Both the position numbers and the translations under genes were made by a program. The notes below the pieces were generated by a model. It searched no databases and was not told where the DNA came from. It saw only the letters and a list, made by a program, of their open reading frames with translations. From Clostridia bacterium (GTDB lineage: Bacteria; Bacillota; Clostridia; Christensenellales; UBA1242): a DNA stretch of 35,909 bases. The DNA is taken from the NCBI GenBank assembly GCA_017399515.1, contig JAFQBZ010000058.1, positions 1 through 35,909 on the forward strand. The letters run 5' to 3'. Of the stretch, positions 7,083 to 16,500 are shown piece by piece. Position 1 is the first letter of the stretch; every line of letters starts with the position of its first letter.

Positions 7083-8234
7083 GTCTTCATTATTTTTGTG
7101 AAATAAAATTGTGTTATAAATATTGCTTGCATTAAGGTCAATTTGAATGGTTTGTTTTTGAATAGTGGTTAAGTTGTTATAATCTTTGTTTGTTGAAATA
7201 AGTGAAATTTTATTTTTATTATAGTTTTTTAATAAATCAATATTTTGTTTTTTTATTGCAATAACTTTAACTGCTGGTTTTGATGAAATAGCATTCTTAA
7301 CAGCAGTTTTTGTTATGCCGAGAAGTGGGTATAAAAGAAGTTTATTGACTCGTGGCAGGCGATATCTTGGGGTTGCAACATTGTTTTTAATCTCATCTAA
7401 AGTTGAAAACTTATCAGCCATTTCTTTGATTCGATATTCAATGCCTTCGCTGTAATCATAAATCTTTTCAAGATCTTTGGCAGGGGTTGTTCTAATTTTT
7501 AAAATTTCTAAAATTTCAAGCATTGTTTGTTGTGAAACATCAAAAACTTCTTCAATTTTTACATTTTTAGGCAAAAATTTTGAGTACTCTTTATTTGAAA
7601 CAATTAAATTTCTTATTGAACTTGCTGATAAAAAGTTTCCGGCAGGAGTGTTTGATTCATAGCCGTCATCACATCTGTTTATTGCAACAACTTCAATGTC
7701 TGCATTTTGTTTTAAAATTGCTGTTAAATATTCAACAGCAAGCACATTGTTTGGCTTGTTTAAAATATCGATAATGGTGTTGTCTTGAAGAGTGTTGGCA
7801 ATTGAGCGTTTTAGAGCGGTGTTATAATTGATTCCATTTTGAATTTCGTTTTTAAAAGCGGTTTGAAAACGCTGTGAATTTTCGTGTTTTAGTTCTGCAA
7901 TTTTTTTCAAAATTTCAATATTGGTGTTTTCAATTCCAAATGCAATTTGTTTGATGCCGAGTGCTTTGAAAATTTTGATTGCACCGGTTGCAAAGTTTTC
8001 AGCGTTTGAGCAAGCAAAAACAGTTGGAAGTTCTAACACGGCATTGGCTCCACATTCTATCGCGTGTTTTGCTCGTGTATACTTTGAGCAAATTGCTGGA
8101 ATGCCGCGTTGCACAAAGTTTCCACTCATTAAACAAACAATTTCAGCATTTGTTTGTTTTTTTGCTTCTTCGAGCAGATAGTTATGCCCATTATGAAATG
8201 GGTTAAACTCACAAATAACACCACAAAAATTCAT
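7056..8234 (-). CDS. tmcAL: tRNA(Met) cytidine acetate ligase (TmcAL, YlbM/UPF0348 nucleotidyltransferase family)
   Basis: The N-terminus GVICEFNPFHNGHNYLLEEAKK (HxGH-type nucleotidyltransferase motif) is diagnostic of YlbM/TmcAL. The size is about 390 aa. Confidence 0.85.
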   Translation of the reverse strand: MNFCGVICEFNPFHNGHNYLLEEAKKQTNAEIVCLMSGNFVQRGIPAICSKYTRAKHAIECGANAVLELPTVFACSNAENFATGAIKIFKALGIKQIAFGIENTNIEILKKIAELKHENSQRFQTAFKNEIQNGINYNTALKRSIANTLQDNTIIDILNKPNNVLAVEYLTAILKQNADIEVVAINRCDDGYESNTPAGNFLSASSIRNLIVSNKEYSKFLPKNVKIEEVFDVSQQTMLEILEILKIRTTPAKDLEKIYDYSEGIEYRIKEMADKFSTLDEIKNNVATPRYRLPRVNKLLLYPLLGITKTAVKNAISSKPAVKVIAIKKQNIDLLKNYNKNKISLISTNKDYNNLTTIQKQTIQIDLNASNIYNTILFHKNNEDKKIGTMFL

Positions 8235-8251
8235 AAAATTACCTCATTTAC

Positions 8252-8280
8252 TTGAAAATTTTATCACTCTAATATATAAT
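8252..8280 (+). promoter_or_regulatory. Sigma-A-like promoter for pta-ackA
   Basis: TTGAAA (8252-8257), 17-nt spacer, TATAAT (8275-8280). Confidence 0.6.
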
Positions 8281-8340
8281 CTCTATTATAAGCAAAATTG
8301 CTTGTTAATCAATAAATTTTTTAAAAATGGAGTAGAATTT

Positions 8341-9342
8341 ATGTCAAATGTTTTTGATAAGTTAATTGAAAAGGCAAAACATACAGGAAAGAGAATTGTT
8401 TTGACTGAAACTGAAGACGAAAGAGTTTTGACTGCTGCTGAAAAGGCTGCAAGCATGGATCTTTGCAAAGTTGTTTTACTTGGAAAAGAATCTGAACTTG
8501 CTTCTAAATTTACCGCAGAGGCTCTTGCAAACATTGTGTTTGTTGACACAACTGAAGAAAATGATAAACAAAAAGAATATGCAAATCTTTTGTATGAACT
8601 TCGCAAAGCAAAGGGAATGACAGAAGAAAAAGCACTTGAAACTGTGAAAAAAGATAAACTTGCTTATGCAATGCTTATGCTTAAAACAGAAGATGCTGAT
8701 GGCGTTGTTTCTGGTGCAATCACACACACTGCTGATGTGCTTCGTCCAGCATTCCAAATTGTTAAAATGAAACCAGGCGTTAGCAAAGTTTCATCAGTGT
8801 TCATTATGGAATCTCCAAATGAAAATTATGGCGAAAATGGTTTTATGATTTTTGCAGACTGTGGTGTTAACCCAAATCCAACAGATGAAGACTTTGCAGA
8901 AATTGCAATGCTTTCTTCAGAAACAGCAAAAGCAATTTGTTCAATGGATCCAAAAGTTGCAATGCTTACTTATTCAACAAAGTCAGGCGATGAAATGACA
9001 GATGAAAATGTATGCAAAGTTAAAAGAGCACTTGAAATTTTAAAAACAAAGGCTCCCGAACTTAAAGTTGATGGAGAACTTCAAGCAGATGCTGCACTTG
9101 TTCCAAGTGTTGCAAAACTTAAAGCGCCAAACTCAACCGTTGCAGGACACGCAAACACACTTATCTTCCCAGACCTTAACGCTGGAAATATTGGATATAA
9201 ACTCGTTCAAAGACTTGCTGGTGTTCAAGCCGTTGGTCCAATTCTTCAAGGTTTAAACAAACCTGTTAACGATTTATCTCGTGGAACAACTGCTGATGAA
9301 ATTGTGCTTTGCATGGCAATCACAACACTTCAGGCTTTATAA
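8341..9342 (+). CDS. pta: Phosphate acetyltransferase
   Basis: MSNVFDKLIEKAK..GKRIVL.E.EDERVL, DGELQADAAL, ANTLIFPDLNAGNIGYKL and GPILQGLNKPVNDLSRG. I prefer ATG 8341 (GGAG 8329-8332, 8-nt spacing) over the upstream TTG 8302 used by the ORF track. Confidence 0.9.
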   Translation: MSNVFDKLIEKAKHTGKRIVLTETEDERVLTAAEKAASMDLCKVVLLGKESELASKFTAEALANIVFVDTTEENDKQKEYANLLYELRKAKGMTEEKALETVKKDKLAYAMLMLKTEDADGVVSGAITHTADVLRPAFQIVKMKPGVSKVSSVFIMESPNENYGENGFMIFADCGVNPNPTDEDFAEIAMLSSETAKAICSMDPKVAMLTYSTKSGDEMTDENVCKVKRALEILKTKAPELKVDGELQADAALVPSVAKLKAPNSTVAGHANTLIFPDLNAGNIGYKLVQRLAGVQAVGPILQGLNKPVNDLSRGTTADEIVLCMAITTLQAL

Positions 9343-9378
9343 TAAAAAATAAAAACAAAAAAGGAAAAGGAAAAACTT

Positions 9379-10581
9379 ATGAAAATTTTAGTTATCAATG
9401 CAGGAAGTTCATCACTTAAATATCAAGTTATTGATACTGCAGAAAATCAAGTTATCACAAAAGGTCTTTGTGAAAGAATTGGTATTGACGGTCGTCATAC
9501 AAACAAAACAAATGGTGGAAAATTTGTTGAAGAAGTTGAAATGAAAAATCACAGTGAAGCACTTAAAGTTGTTATCAACTGTTTAGTTTCAGATAAAGTT
9601 CCAGGCATCAAATCTCTTGAAGATATTGAAGCAGTGGGTCACAGAGTTCTTCACGCAGGTGAAGTTTATAATGATTCAGTTTTAATTACTGATGAAGTTA
9701 TGGTTGAACTTGAAAAACTTATTCCACTTGGACCTCTTCACCAACCAGCAAACATTGCAGGTATCAAAGCATGTGAAGAACTTATTCCAGGTGTTCCACA
9801 AGTTGCTGTTTTTGACACAACATTCCACTCAACCATGCCTGATTATGCTTACAGATATGCTATTCCAAAAGAAGCATACACAAAATGGCAAATTAGAAAA
9901 TATGGTTTCCACGGAACAAGCCACAAATATATCGCTGGCGAACTTGAAAAACTTTGTGGAAAGAAAGGTAATTTCATTATCTGTCACATTGGAAACGGTG
10001 CAAGCCTTTCAGCAGTTAAAGATGGAAAATGTATCGACACAACAATGGGTTACACTCCACTTGAAGGTGTTATGATGGGTTCTAGATCAGGTGATGTTGA
10101 CCCTTCAATCTTAGAGAGAATTATGAATGAAACCGGAATGACTATTAAAGAAGCAATCAACTATCTTAACAAAAAGTCAGGTCTTGGTGGTGTTTCTTGC
10201 ATTTCTGATGATATGAGAGATTTGGAAGAAATTGCTTTCTCTGATGAACAAAGCGAAAGAGCAGATGATTGCAGACTTGCTCTTAATATGCACGCATACA
10301 GAGTTAAAAAATATATCGGTGCTTTCTATGCAGCACTTGGAACAGTTGATGCAATTGCATTCACTGCTGGTGTTGGTGAAGGTGGTTGCGAATATCGTCA
10401 ATCAGTTCTTGAAGGTTTAGAAGGTCTTGGAATTTGTGTTGATAAAGATAAAAATATCACAAACTTCAAGCGTGGTGAAATGAATGTTATCTCAACTGAT
10501 GATTCAAAAGTTAAGATTTATGTTATTCCAACCGATGAAGAACAAATGATTGCAAAAGATACAGAAAGACTTACAAAATAA
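9379..10581 (+). CDS. ackA: Acetate kinase
   Basis: MKILVINAGSSSLKYQ, VGHRVLHAG, FDTTFH, YGFHGTSH and FTAGVGE. Confidence 0.95.
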   Translation: MKILVINAGSSSLKYQVIDTAENQVITKGLCERIGIDGRHTNKTNGGKFVEEVEMKNHSEALKVVINCLVSDKVPGIKSLEDIEAVGHRVLHAGEVYNDSVLITDEVMVELEKLIPLGPLHQPANIAGIKACEELIPGVPQVAVFDTTFHSTMPDYAYRYAIPKEAYTKWQIRKYGFHGTSHKYIAGELEKLCGKKGNFIICHIGNGASLSAVKDGKCIDTTMGYTPLEGVMMGSRSGDVDPSILERIMNETGMTIKEAINYLNKKSGLGGVSCISDDMRDLEEIAFSDEQSERADDCRLALNMHAYRVKKYIGAFYAALGTVDAIAFTAGVGEGGCEYRQSVLEGLEGLGICVDKDKNITNFKRGEMNVISTDDSKVKIYVIPTDEEQMIAKDTERLTK

Positions 10582-10597
10582 ATTTATTAAAATATAA

Positions 10598-10626
10598 TTG
10601 ACAAACTTGCAAACTTGGTGTATTAT
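10598..10626 (+). promoter_or_regulatory. Sigma-A-like promoter for rpmF
   Basis: TTGACA (10598-10603), 17-nt spacer, TATTAT (10621-10626). Confidence 0.6.
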
Positions 10627-10718
10627 TAGTATGCTTTGTTAAAAAGTGCATTTTTGTGTGCTTTTAAAGTTAGAATTTAAAGTCTGAAATCAGATTTAAG
10701 AAATAGGAGGGTTCGATA

Positions 10719-10910
10719 ATGGCAGTTCCAAAGAGGAAAGTATCTAAGGCTAAAGGTAGAAGCAGAATCGCTAACTGGAAGGCTACTGCTCCAACACTTG
10801 TTGAATGTCCACAATGTCACGAATATAAAAGGGCTCACGCTGTTTGCGAGGCTTGTGGTTATTATGACGGCGAAAAGAAAATCGCTGTTAAAGCAGATGA
10901 AAACAAATAG
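10719..10910 (+). CDS. rpmF: 50S ribosomal protein L32 (Cys-containing, zinc-ribbon form)
   Basis: MAVPKRKVSKAKGRSR... with CPQC...CEAC. RBS is AGGAGGG. Confidence 0.95.
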   Translation: MAVPKRKVSKAKGRSRIANWKATAPTLVECPQCHEYKRAHAVCEACGYYDGEKKIAVKADENK

Positions 10911-10920
10911 TTAAAAAATT

Positions 10921-10948
10921 AACACAACCCAAGTGGTTGTGTTTTTTT
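10921..10948 (+). terminator. Rho-independent terminator after rpmF
   Basis: aacacaacc (10921-10929) pairs with ggttgtgtt (10935-10943), followed by a T-run to 10948. Confidence 0.8.
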
Positions 10949-10964
10949 ATGCAAAATTTTAATA

Positions 10965-10992
10965 TTGACAAATAAATAATATGTGCTAAAAT
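10965..10992 (+). promoter_or_regulatory. Sigma-A-like promoter for the 232-aa orphan ORF
   Basis: TTGACA (10965-10970), 16-nt spacer ending in TGc, TAAAAT (10987-10992). Confidence 0.55.
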
Positions 10993-11014
10993 TTTTTCAA
11001 GGGAGAAAATTTTT

Positions 11015-11713
11015 ATGACTGGTGCAGAATTAAATTTACTTGCAGCATATTATTTGCAGAAAAATCCATATCGATTCAATAAACAAGAAAAAGAGAAATT
11101 TTTGAAAGGTCTTCAAGAGTGGATTGATGGAAAAAGTGAAGTTATTGATGATGAAGTATATGATTTTTTGCTTGATATGGGGCTTTATAAAAAAGAAAGA
11201 CGCGAAGATGAATTTATCAGTTACATAAACCAAAAGTATGGCATTATAAGATTTAGCAAGATTTTAGATATTGGGGCTGGAAGAATGTGCAAACTTTCAC
11301 AGGCTCTTGCAAAATATGGCAACACATTATATGCAATTGACCCGAACATTAGATTGCTTCCAGATGAAGCAAGAAAAATGGGAATCAAGACTATCAAAAA
11401 AGAATTTTTTGTTTGCGATGAATTTGCTAAAAATGGCAGGGGTACAAACATTCAAAATGTTGATTATGTTTTTGGTGTTGAGCCATGTGATGCAACTGAA
11501 CATATTATTCGTCAAGGTTTAAAATATGATAAGCCTTTTGATATTCTTCTTTGTGGTGCTGCACATAAATCATTAAACGGAAAAACTTTTTCAAGTTATG
11601 AAGATTGGTATGAATATTTAGAGTCAATTTCAACCGAAGTTCAAATAAGAAAATTCAAAACTTCATATTATGCTTCAAATGAAAAACAACCAGAAATTGA
11701 ATTAGGAAAATAA
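11015..11713 (+). CDS. Hypothetical protein with a Rossmann / class-I SAM-methyltransferase-like core
   Basis: ILDIGAGRMCKLSQALAKYGNTLYAIDPN has the form strand 1, Gly-loop, helix, strand 2 ending in an acidic residue. It is followed by DYVFGVEPCD. The N-terminal ~70 aa is unrecognised. The gene has its own promoter and terminator. Confidence 0.35.
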   Translation: MTGAELNLLAAYYLQKNPYRFNKQEKEKFLKGLQEWIDGKSEVIDDEVYDFLLDMGLYKKERREDEFISYINQKYGIIRFSKILDIGAGRMCKLSQALAKYGNTLYAIDPNIRLLPDEARKMGIKTIKKEFFVCDEFAKNGRGTNIQNVDYVFGVEPCDATEHIIRQGLKYDKPFDILLCGAAHKSLNGKTFSSYEDWYEYLESISTEVQIRKFKTSYYASNEKQPEIELGK

Positions 11714-11738
11714 AACCATTTTAATGGTTTTTTCTTTT
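11712..11738 (+). terminator. Rho-independent terminator after the 232-aa ORF
   Basis: aaaaccatt (11712-11720) pairs with aatggtttt (11723-11731), followed by a T-rich tail. Confidence 0.6.
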
Positions 11739-11789
11739 ATGAAAAATTTGTATACTGCTTGGCTTTTTTATTATAATTACTCATTTTAA

Positions 11790-11818
11790 TTGAATTTATA
11801 AATGAAATCATTTATAAT
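11790..11818 (+). promoter_or_regulatory. Sigma-A-like promoter for plsX-rnc-smc
   Basis: TTGAAT (11790-11795), 17-nt spacer, TATAAT (11813-11818). A second candidate is TTGTAT 11748 with TATAAT 11772. Confidence 0.5.
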
Positions 11819-11847
11819 GATACTGTATCATATTAGGAGAAAATTTT

Positions 11848-12864
11848 ATGAAAATTGTTATTGATGTGTTTGGCGCAGATATGCCAGAAGAAATTGTTAA
11901 AGGTGCAATCACTTCTGTTAATTTAATTGACGAAGTTGAAATAATACTCACTGGTGACAAAGATAAAATTGAAAAAGTTATTAAAGAAGTTGGTTACACA
12001 GGTGACAAAATTGAAATTGTTCACGCCCCAGATGTTATTGATTGTAATGAATCACCAACAATGGCAATTCGTAGAAAAAAAGAAAGTTCACTTGTTGCGG
12101 CTCTTGACATTTTAAAAACAAGAGAAGATGTTATTGGTATGATTAGTGCAGGAAGCACAGGTGCTGTTCTTGCAGGTGGTCTTTTTGTTATTGGAAGAAT
12201 TGAAGGGGTTAAGCGTCCAGCACTTGCTCCATTTTTGCCAACAGTTAACGGCAACCCAACACTTTTGATTGACTGTGGTGCAAATGTTGACTGTAAACCA
12301 GAATATTTAAGACAATTTGCAATTATGGGTTCAATTTATGTGAAGGCAATGTGTGGAATTAAAAATCCAAAAGTTGCTTTGATTTCAAATGGAACAGAAG
12401 ACCATAAAGGAAATGAACAAATTCATCAAACATTTGAACTTTTATCAAACGAAAAAGAAATCAACTTTGTTGGTAACATGGAAGCCCGTGAAATGTTTTC
12501 AGGTGACTTTGATGTGCTTGTTAGTGATGGTTTCACAGGAAATGTTGCAATGAAAGCAGCAGAAGGCACAATCAACACATTTAACGCAGTGTTAAAGAGT
12601 GAGATTAAAAAAGGTGGTCTTCGTGCAAAAATTGGATATTTGCTTATGAAAAAAGCATTCAAAAATCTTAAAAAGAGAATTAACTATACCGAAGTTGGTG
12701 GTTCACCATTTTTAGGTATTGATAAAATTTTGGTTAAATCACATGGTTCAAGCAAAGCAAAAACAATTTATTCTTGTGTTTTGCAAGTGCTTAATATTCA
12801 TAAATCAAACTATATTGAAAAAATGCGTGAAGGTATTAAAAATTCAAATTTAGCAGGTGAATAA
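11848..12864 (+). CDS. plsX: Phosphate acyltransferase PlsX
   Basis: MKIVIDVFGAD, MISAGSTGA, DCGANVDCKPEYL, DGFTGNVAMK and GSPFLGI..ILVKSHGSS. Confidence 0.93.
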   Translation: MKIVIDVFGADMPEEIVKGAITSVNLIDEVEIILTGDKDKIEKVIKEVGYTGDKIEIVHAPDVIDCNESPTMAIRRKKESSLVAALDILKTREDVIGMISAGSTGAVLAGGLFVIGRIEGVKRPALAPFLPTVNGNPTLLIDCGANVDCKPEYLRQFAIMGSIYVKAMCGIKNPKVALISNGTEDHKGNEQIHQTFELLSNEKEINFVGNMEAREMFSGDFDVLVSDGFTGNVAMKAAEGTINTFNAVLKSEIKKGGLRAKIGYLLMKKAFKNLKKRINYTEVGGSPFLGIDKILVKSHGSSKAKTIYSCVLQVLNIHKSNYIEKMREGIKNSNLAGE

Positions 12865-12865
12865 A

Positions 12866-13540
12866 ATGAAAGAACTTGTTAATTTAACAGAAGTTGAGAA
12901 TATAATTGGTTATAATTTTAAAACCAAAAAACTTCTAATAAAAGCACTCACACATTCAAGTTATTCAAATGAACACAGAGTTGAATCAAATGAAAGACTT
13001 GAGTTTTTGGGTGACGCAATCATTGAGTTTATCATCACTGAAAAACTTTACAGAGAGTTTAAGGGAAAAGAAGGTGATTTATCAAAAACTCGTGCTATGA
13101 TTGTTAGTGAAAAGCCACTTGCTGAAGCAGTTGATAGACTTGGTCTTGATAAATATTTAATCAAGGGTGTTGGCGAAAGCAGAAACACAACACAGTCAAA
13201 GGCAATCAAATGTGATATGTTTGAGGCAATCTGTGGTGCAATTTATATTGATGGTGGAATTGAAGAAGTTAAAAAATTCTTCACTGTTGCAGTTGGTGAT
13301 ATCATTGAAAATTTGAAAGTTACAGGTTATGTTGATGACCCTAAAACAAAACTTCAAGAAATGCTAAAAACTGCAAAGATAGTTTACAGCACTTCAAAGT
13401 CAGGTGCAGACCATATGCCGGTTTATAAAACTTCAGTTTTCATTAACGATGTGAAAATGGGAACAGGCAAAGGTTCAAACAAGCGAACAGCAGAAGAAAA
13501 TGCTGCTAGCGAAGCAATAAAGAATTTAAAAAAAGTATAG
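12866..13540 (+). CDS. rnc: Ribonuclease III
   Basis: ALTHSSY, the signature NERLEFLGDA, and a C-terminal dsRBD (DPKTKLQE...GKGSNKRTAEENAA). ATG 12866 lies 1 nt after the plsX stop with GGTGA as RBS. The ORF track begins at GTG 12857. Confidence 0.93.
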   Translation: MKELVNLTEVENIIGYNFKTKKLLIKALTHSSYSNEHRVESNERLEFLGDAIIEFIITEKLYREFKGKEGDLSKTRAMIVSEKPLAEAVDRLGLDKYLIKGVGESRNTTQSKAIKCDMFEAICGAIYIDGGIEEVKKFFTVAVGDIIENLKVTGYVDDPKTKLQEMLKTAKIVYSTSKSGADHMPVYKTSVFINDVKMGTGKGSNKRTAEENAASEAIKNLKKV

Positions 13541-13549
13541 GATAAACTT

Positions 13550-16500
13550 ATGAATTTCGAAAAAATAGACATCTATGGTTTTAAGTCGTTTGCTGATAAA
13601 GTAGAAATTAAATTTGAGTCAGGAATCACTGCAATCGTTGGTCCTAATGGTTGTGGAAAGAGTAATGTTGCAGACTCAATTCGTTTTGTTATGGGTGAAT
13701 CTAGTGCAAAATCAATGCGTGGTTCATCAATGCAAGATGTTATTTTCAACGGAACAGAAAAAAGAAAAGCACAGTCATACTGTGAAGTTTCGTTATTTTT
13801 TAATAACAAAGAAAGAATGTTTGCAAGTTATGATTTAGATGAAATTGTCTTAACCAGAAAACTTTATAAAAGTGGTGAAAGTGAATATTTAATAAATAAA
13901 AGCACTTGCAGAAGAAAAGATATTGTTGATGCACTTCGTGAAATTGGTCTTGGAAAAGAAAGTTATTCTGTTATCGGTCAGGGTAAGATTGACAGCATTT
14001 TGTCTGCAAAACCAGAAGACAGAAGAAATGTTTTTGAAGAAACAGCAGGAATTTCAAAGTTTAAAGAAGATAAAAATCAATCTGAAAATAAACTTGGTCG
14101 TGTTAACGAAAACTTAACTCGTATAAACGACATTATTGCCGAACTTGAAAGACAACTTGGACCTCTTAAAACTCAAGCAGAAAACGCAAGAATTTTCTTG
14201 GATTTATCAAACAGACTTAAAGAACTTGAAATCAATATTTATGTTTATCAATATGACAATTCAAGTGTGCAAAAACAAAAGATTTATGAAGTTATTAATG
14301 CAATCAATGAAGAACTTGCACTTAAACAAACTGAACTTGAACAATCAATGAATGAGTATGATTTTATGCAAAATCGTATTGCTGAACTTGATGAAACAAT
14401 TGGAAATCTTCGTGATGAACTTTTAAACTTAACAGTTGACCTTGAAAAACAAAATGGTGAAATTAAACTTTATAATGAAAAAATTTCGATTTTGAAAGAG
14501 CAAAATGAAAAAATGCTTGCCGAAATTGAAAATGGAAAGTTTGTTGCAGAAAATCAAGCAAAAGAAAGTGAAGAATTAAATTCAAAGAAAGAGCAACTTG
14601 AAGAATTAATAAAAACACTTGAACATGAATTAAAGCAATGTGAAACAAGTTATTCATCAACCATTGAAAAATTAAGTTTAGGTGAAACAAATGCTGAAAG
14701 TTTAGATTCAGAGTTTTATTCAACACTTGAGCAATCTGGTGACATTAAATCATTGCTTTTGAAATATCAAACAGAACTTGAATCGCTTAAGACCAGACAA
14801 GCAGAACTTAACAGTGAAAAAGATGAACTTGAATCAAACAGCAGAGAGTATGATTCAAGAATTGAAACTGCTGAAGAAGAAATTGAAAAGCAAGAAGAAA
14901 AACAAGAAAAGAAACAAGAAGAAAAACTAGAAATTGTTGAAAAGATAAATGAACTTAATGAAGAATATGCTGAAATCAGCGAACTTATTGATGAGAAAAA
15001 AGTTGAATACCATTCAGGCTTAAGTAAACTCAATGTGCTTTCAGAAATGAAAGAATATAACGAAGGTTTTGCGATTTCAGTTAAAAGACTTCTTGAACAA
15101 GCGCAGGAAGGCACAAGCATTGGTGGAAAAGTTATTGGTGCGGTTGCTTCTCTTATGAGAGTTCCTTCAAAATATGAAGTTGCAATTGAAATGGCACTTG
15201 GTGCAAGTGTTCAAAACATTGTTACTAAAAATGAAGATGATGCAAAAGACTTGATTGCATACTTAAAAAATAATAAGTTTGGTCGTGTAACATTCTTGCC
15301 GGTGACATCGGTTAAAGAAAGAACAATTTCTGCACTTGTTGAATCAAAACTTTCAATGAAAGGTGTTTTTGGTGTTGCAAGTGAACTTATTGAATTTGAT
15401 AAGAAATATGAAAGAGTGTTTAACAGTTTGCTTGGTTCAACTGTTATTGTTGATACAACTGACAATGCTCTTGAGTTTTCAAGGGCAACCAACTATTCAA
15501 GCAAGGTTGTAACACTTGAAGGTGATGTTTTCAGCCCTCAAGGAACACTTACCGGTGGAAGCCGAAAAGATAACGGTATTGGGCTACTCAGTCGTGACAG
15601 AGAAATTGAAGAACTTAAAGTTAAACTTGAAAAAGTTAAAGCAGAAATTGATGAACTTACTTCAAAACAAGAATCTTTAAAAACAAAAGGAACAGAACTT
15701 TCTGATGAAATGTCTAAAATTGTTGACGAGATTCATAATATTGAAGCAAGCAAACAAAAACTTGAAGCCATTATTGATGCACTTGAAAATCAAAAAGATG
15801 ATGCAGAAGAAGAACTTGCTGACCTTGAAATTTCATTCACTGCAATTTTAGATAAGATTGATTTTGTTGAAAATCAAATTGCAAAAATCACAGAAGAACA
15901 ACAAAGTGTTGATTCTAAAAAATCAAAGGCAAGTGAAAATAAAAAGCAGGCTAGTGACACATTTGCAAAACTTCGTGGTGAACGAGATGAGTTATTCCAA
16001 AAACTTGGTGAGATTAGAATTAATCTTGAAACAGAAAAGAATAACTTAAAAACAACTGAAACCGATATTGAAAGGTTGTTGGTTGCAACTGCTCAAAATG
16101 AATATAAAACAAAAGAAACTATGCTTGAAGTTCAAAAGAATAATCAACTTATTGCTGATTATGAGCAAAATGTTGCAGATATAATGGCAACAAATGCGTT
16201 TTCTTCAAGTGCGAAAAAAGTTGAACTTGTTCGTGAAAAGATTGCAACTGTTGTTGATGATAAGAAAAAATGTCAAGCAAAAATGAATGAAGCCGATGCA
16301 AATAAAATGCTTTTAACCGGTGAAATTCAACGCGCAAGTGACAAAAAAGCAAAAGAAGAAAATCATATTGTTAAAATTGATACTGAACTTGAAAACTTGC
16401 AAAATAGAGTTTGGGAACAATATCAAATGACTTATGCTGATGCTAAAGCAGTTGTGCTTGATGAGTTTGATATCAAAGCAGGTGGCGAAGAGGCTGCAGA

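Noticed and set aside
8290-8303. Palindrome AAGCAA-AA-TTGCTT just downstream of the pta promoter, considered as a CcpA cre site
   Set aside because: It lacks the central CG and the TGNAA/TTNCA arms of the cre consensus. It may be a weak operator or a 5'-UTR hairpin, but nothing supports a specific call.
8286-8757. Two minus-strand ORFs (106 and 93 aa) opposite the pta 5' region
   Set aside because: They overlap pta and its promoter region. They show no RBS and no recognisable domains.
14873-14930. gaa/aaa/caa-rich low-complexity DNA (EEIEKQEEKQEKKQEEKLE) in smc
   Set aside because: This is normal charged coiled-coil sequence, not a repeat element.
14767-15120. Ser-rich 117-aa antisense ORF inside smc, and similar antisense or off-frame ORFs at 13573-13809, 14463-14726, 15211-15492 and 16149-16352
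   Set aside because: These are mirror images of the Glu/Lys/Leu-rich coiled-coil coding sequence. They are low-complexity, lack an RBS, and are fully embedded in a confidently called gene.
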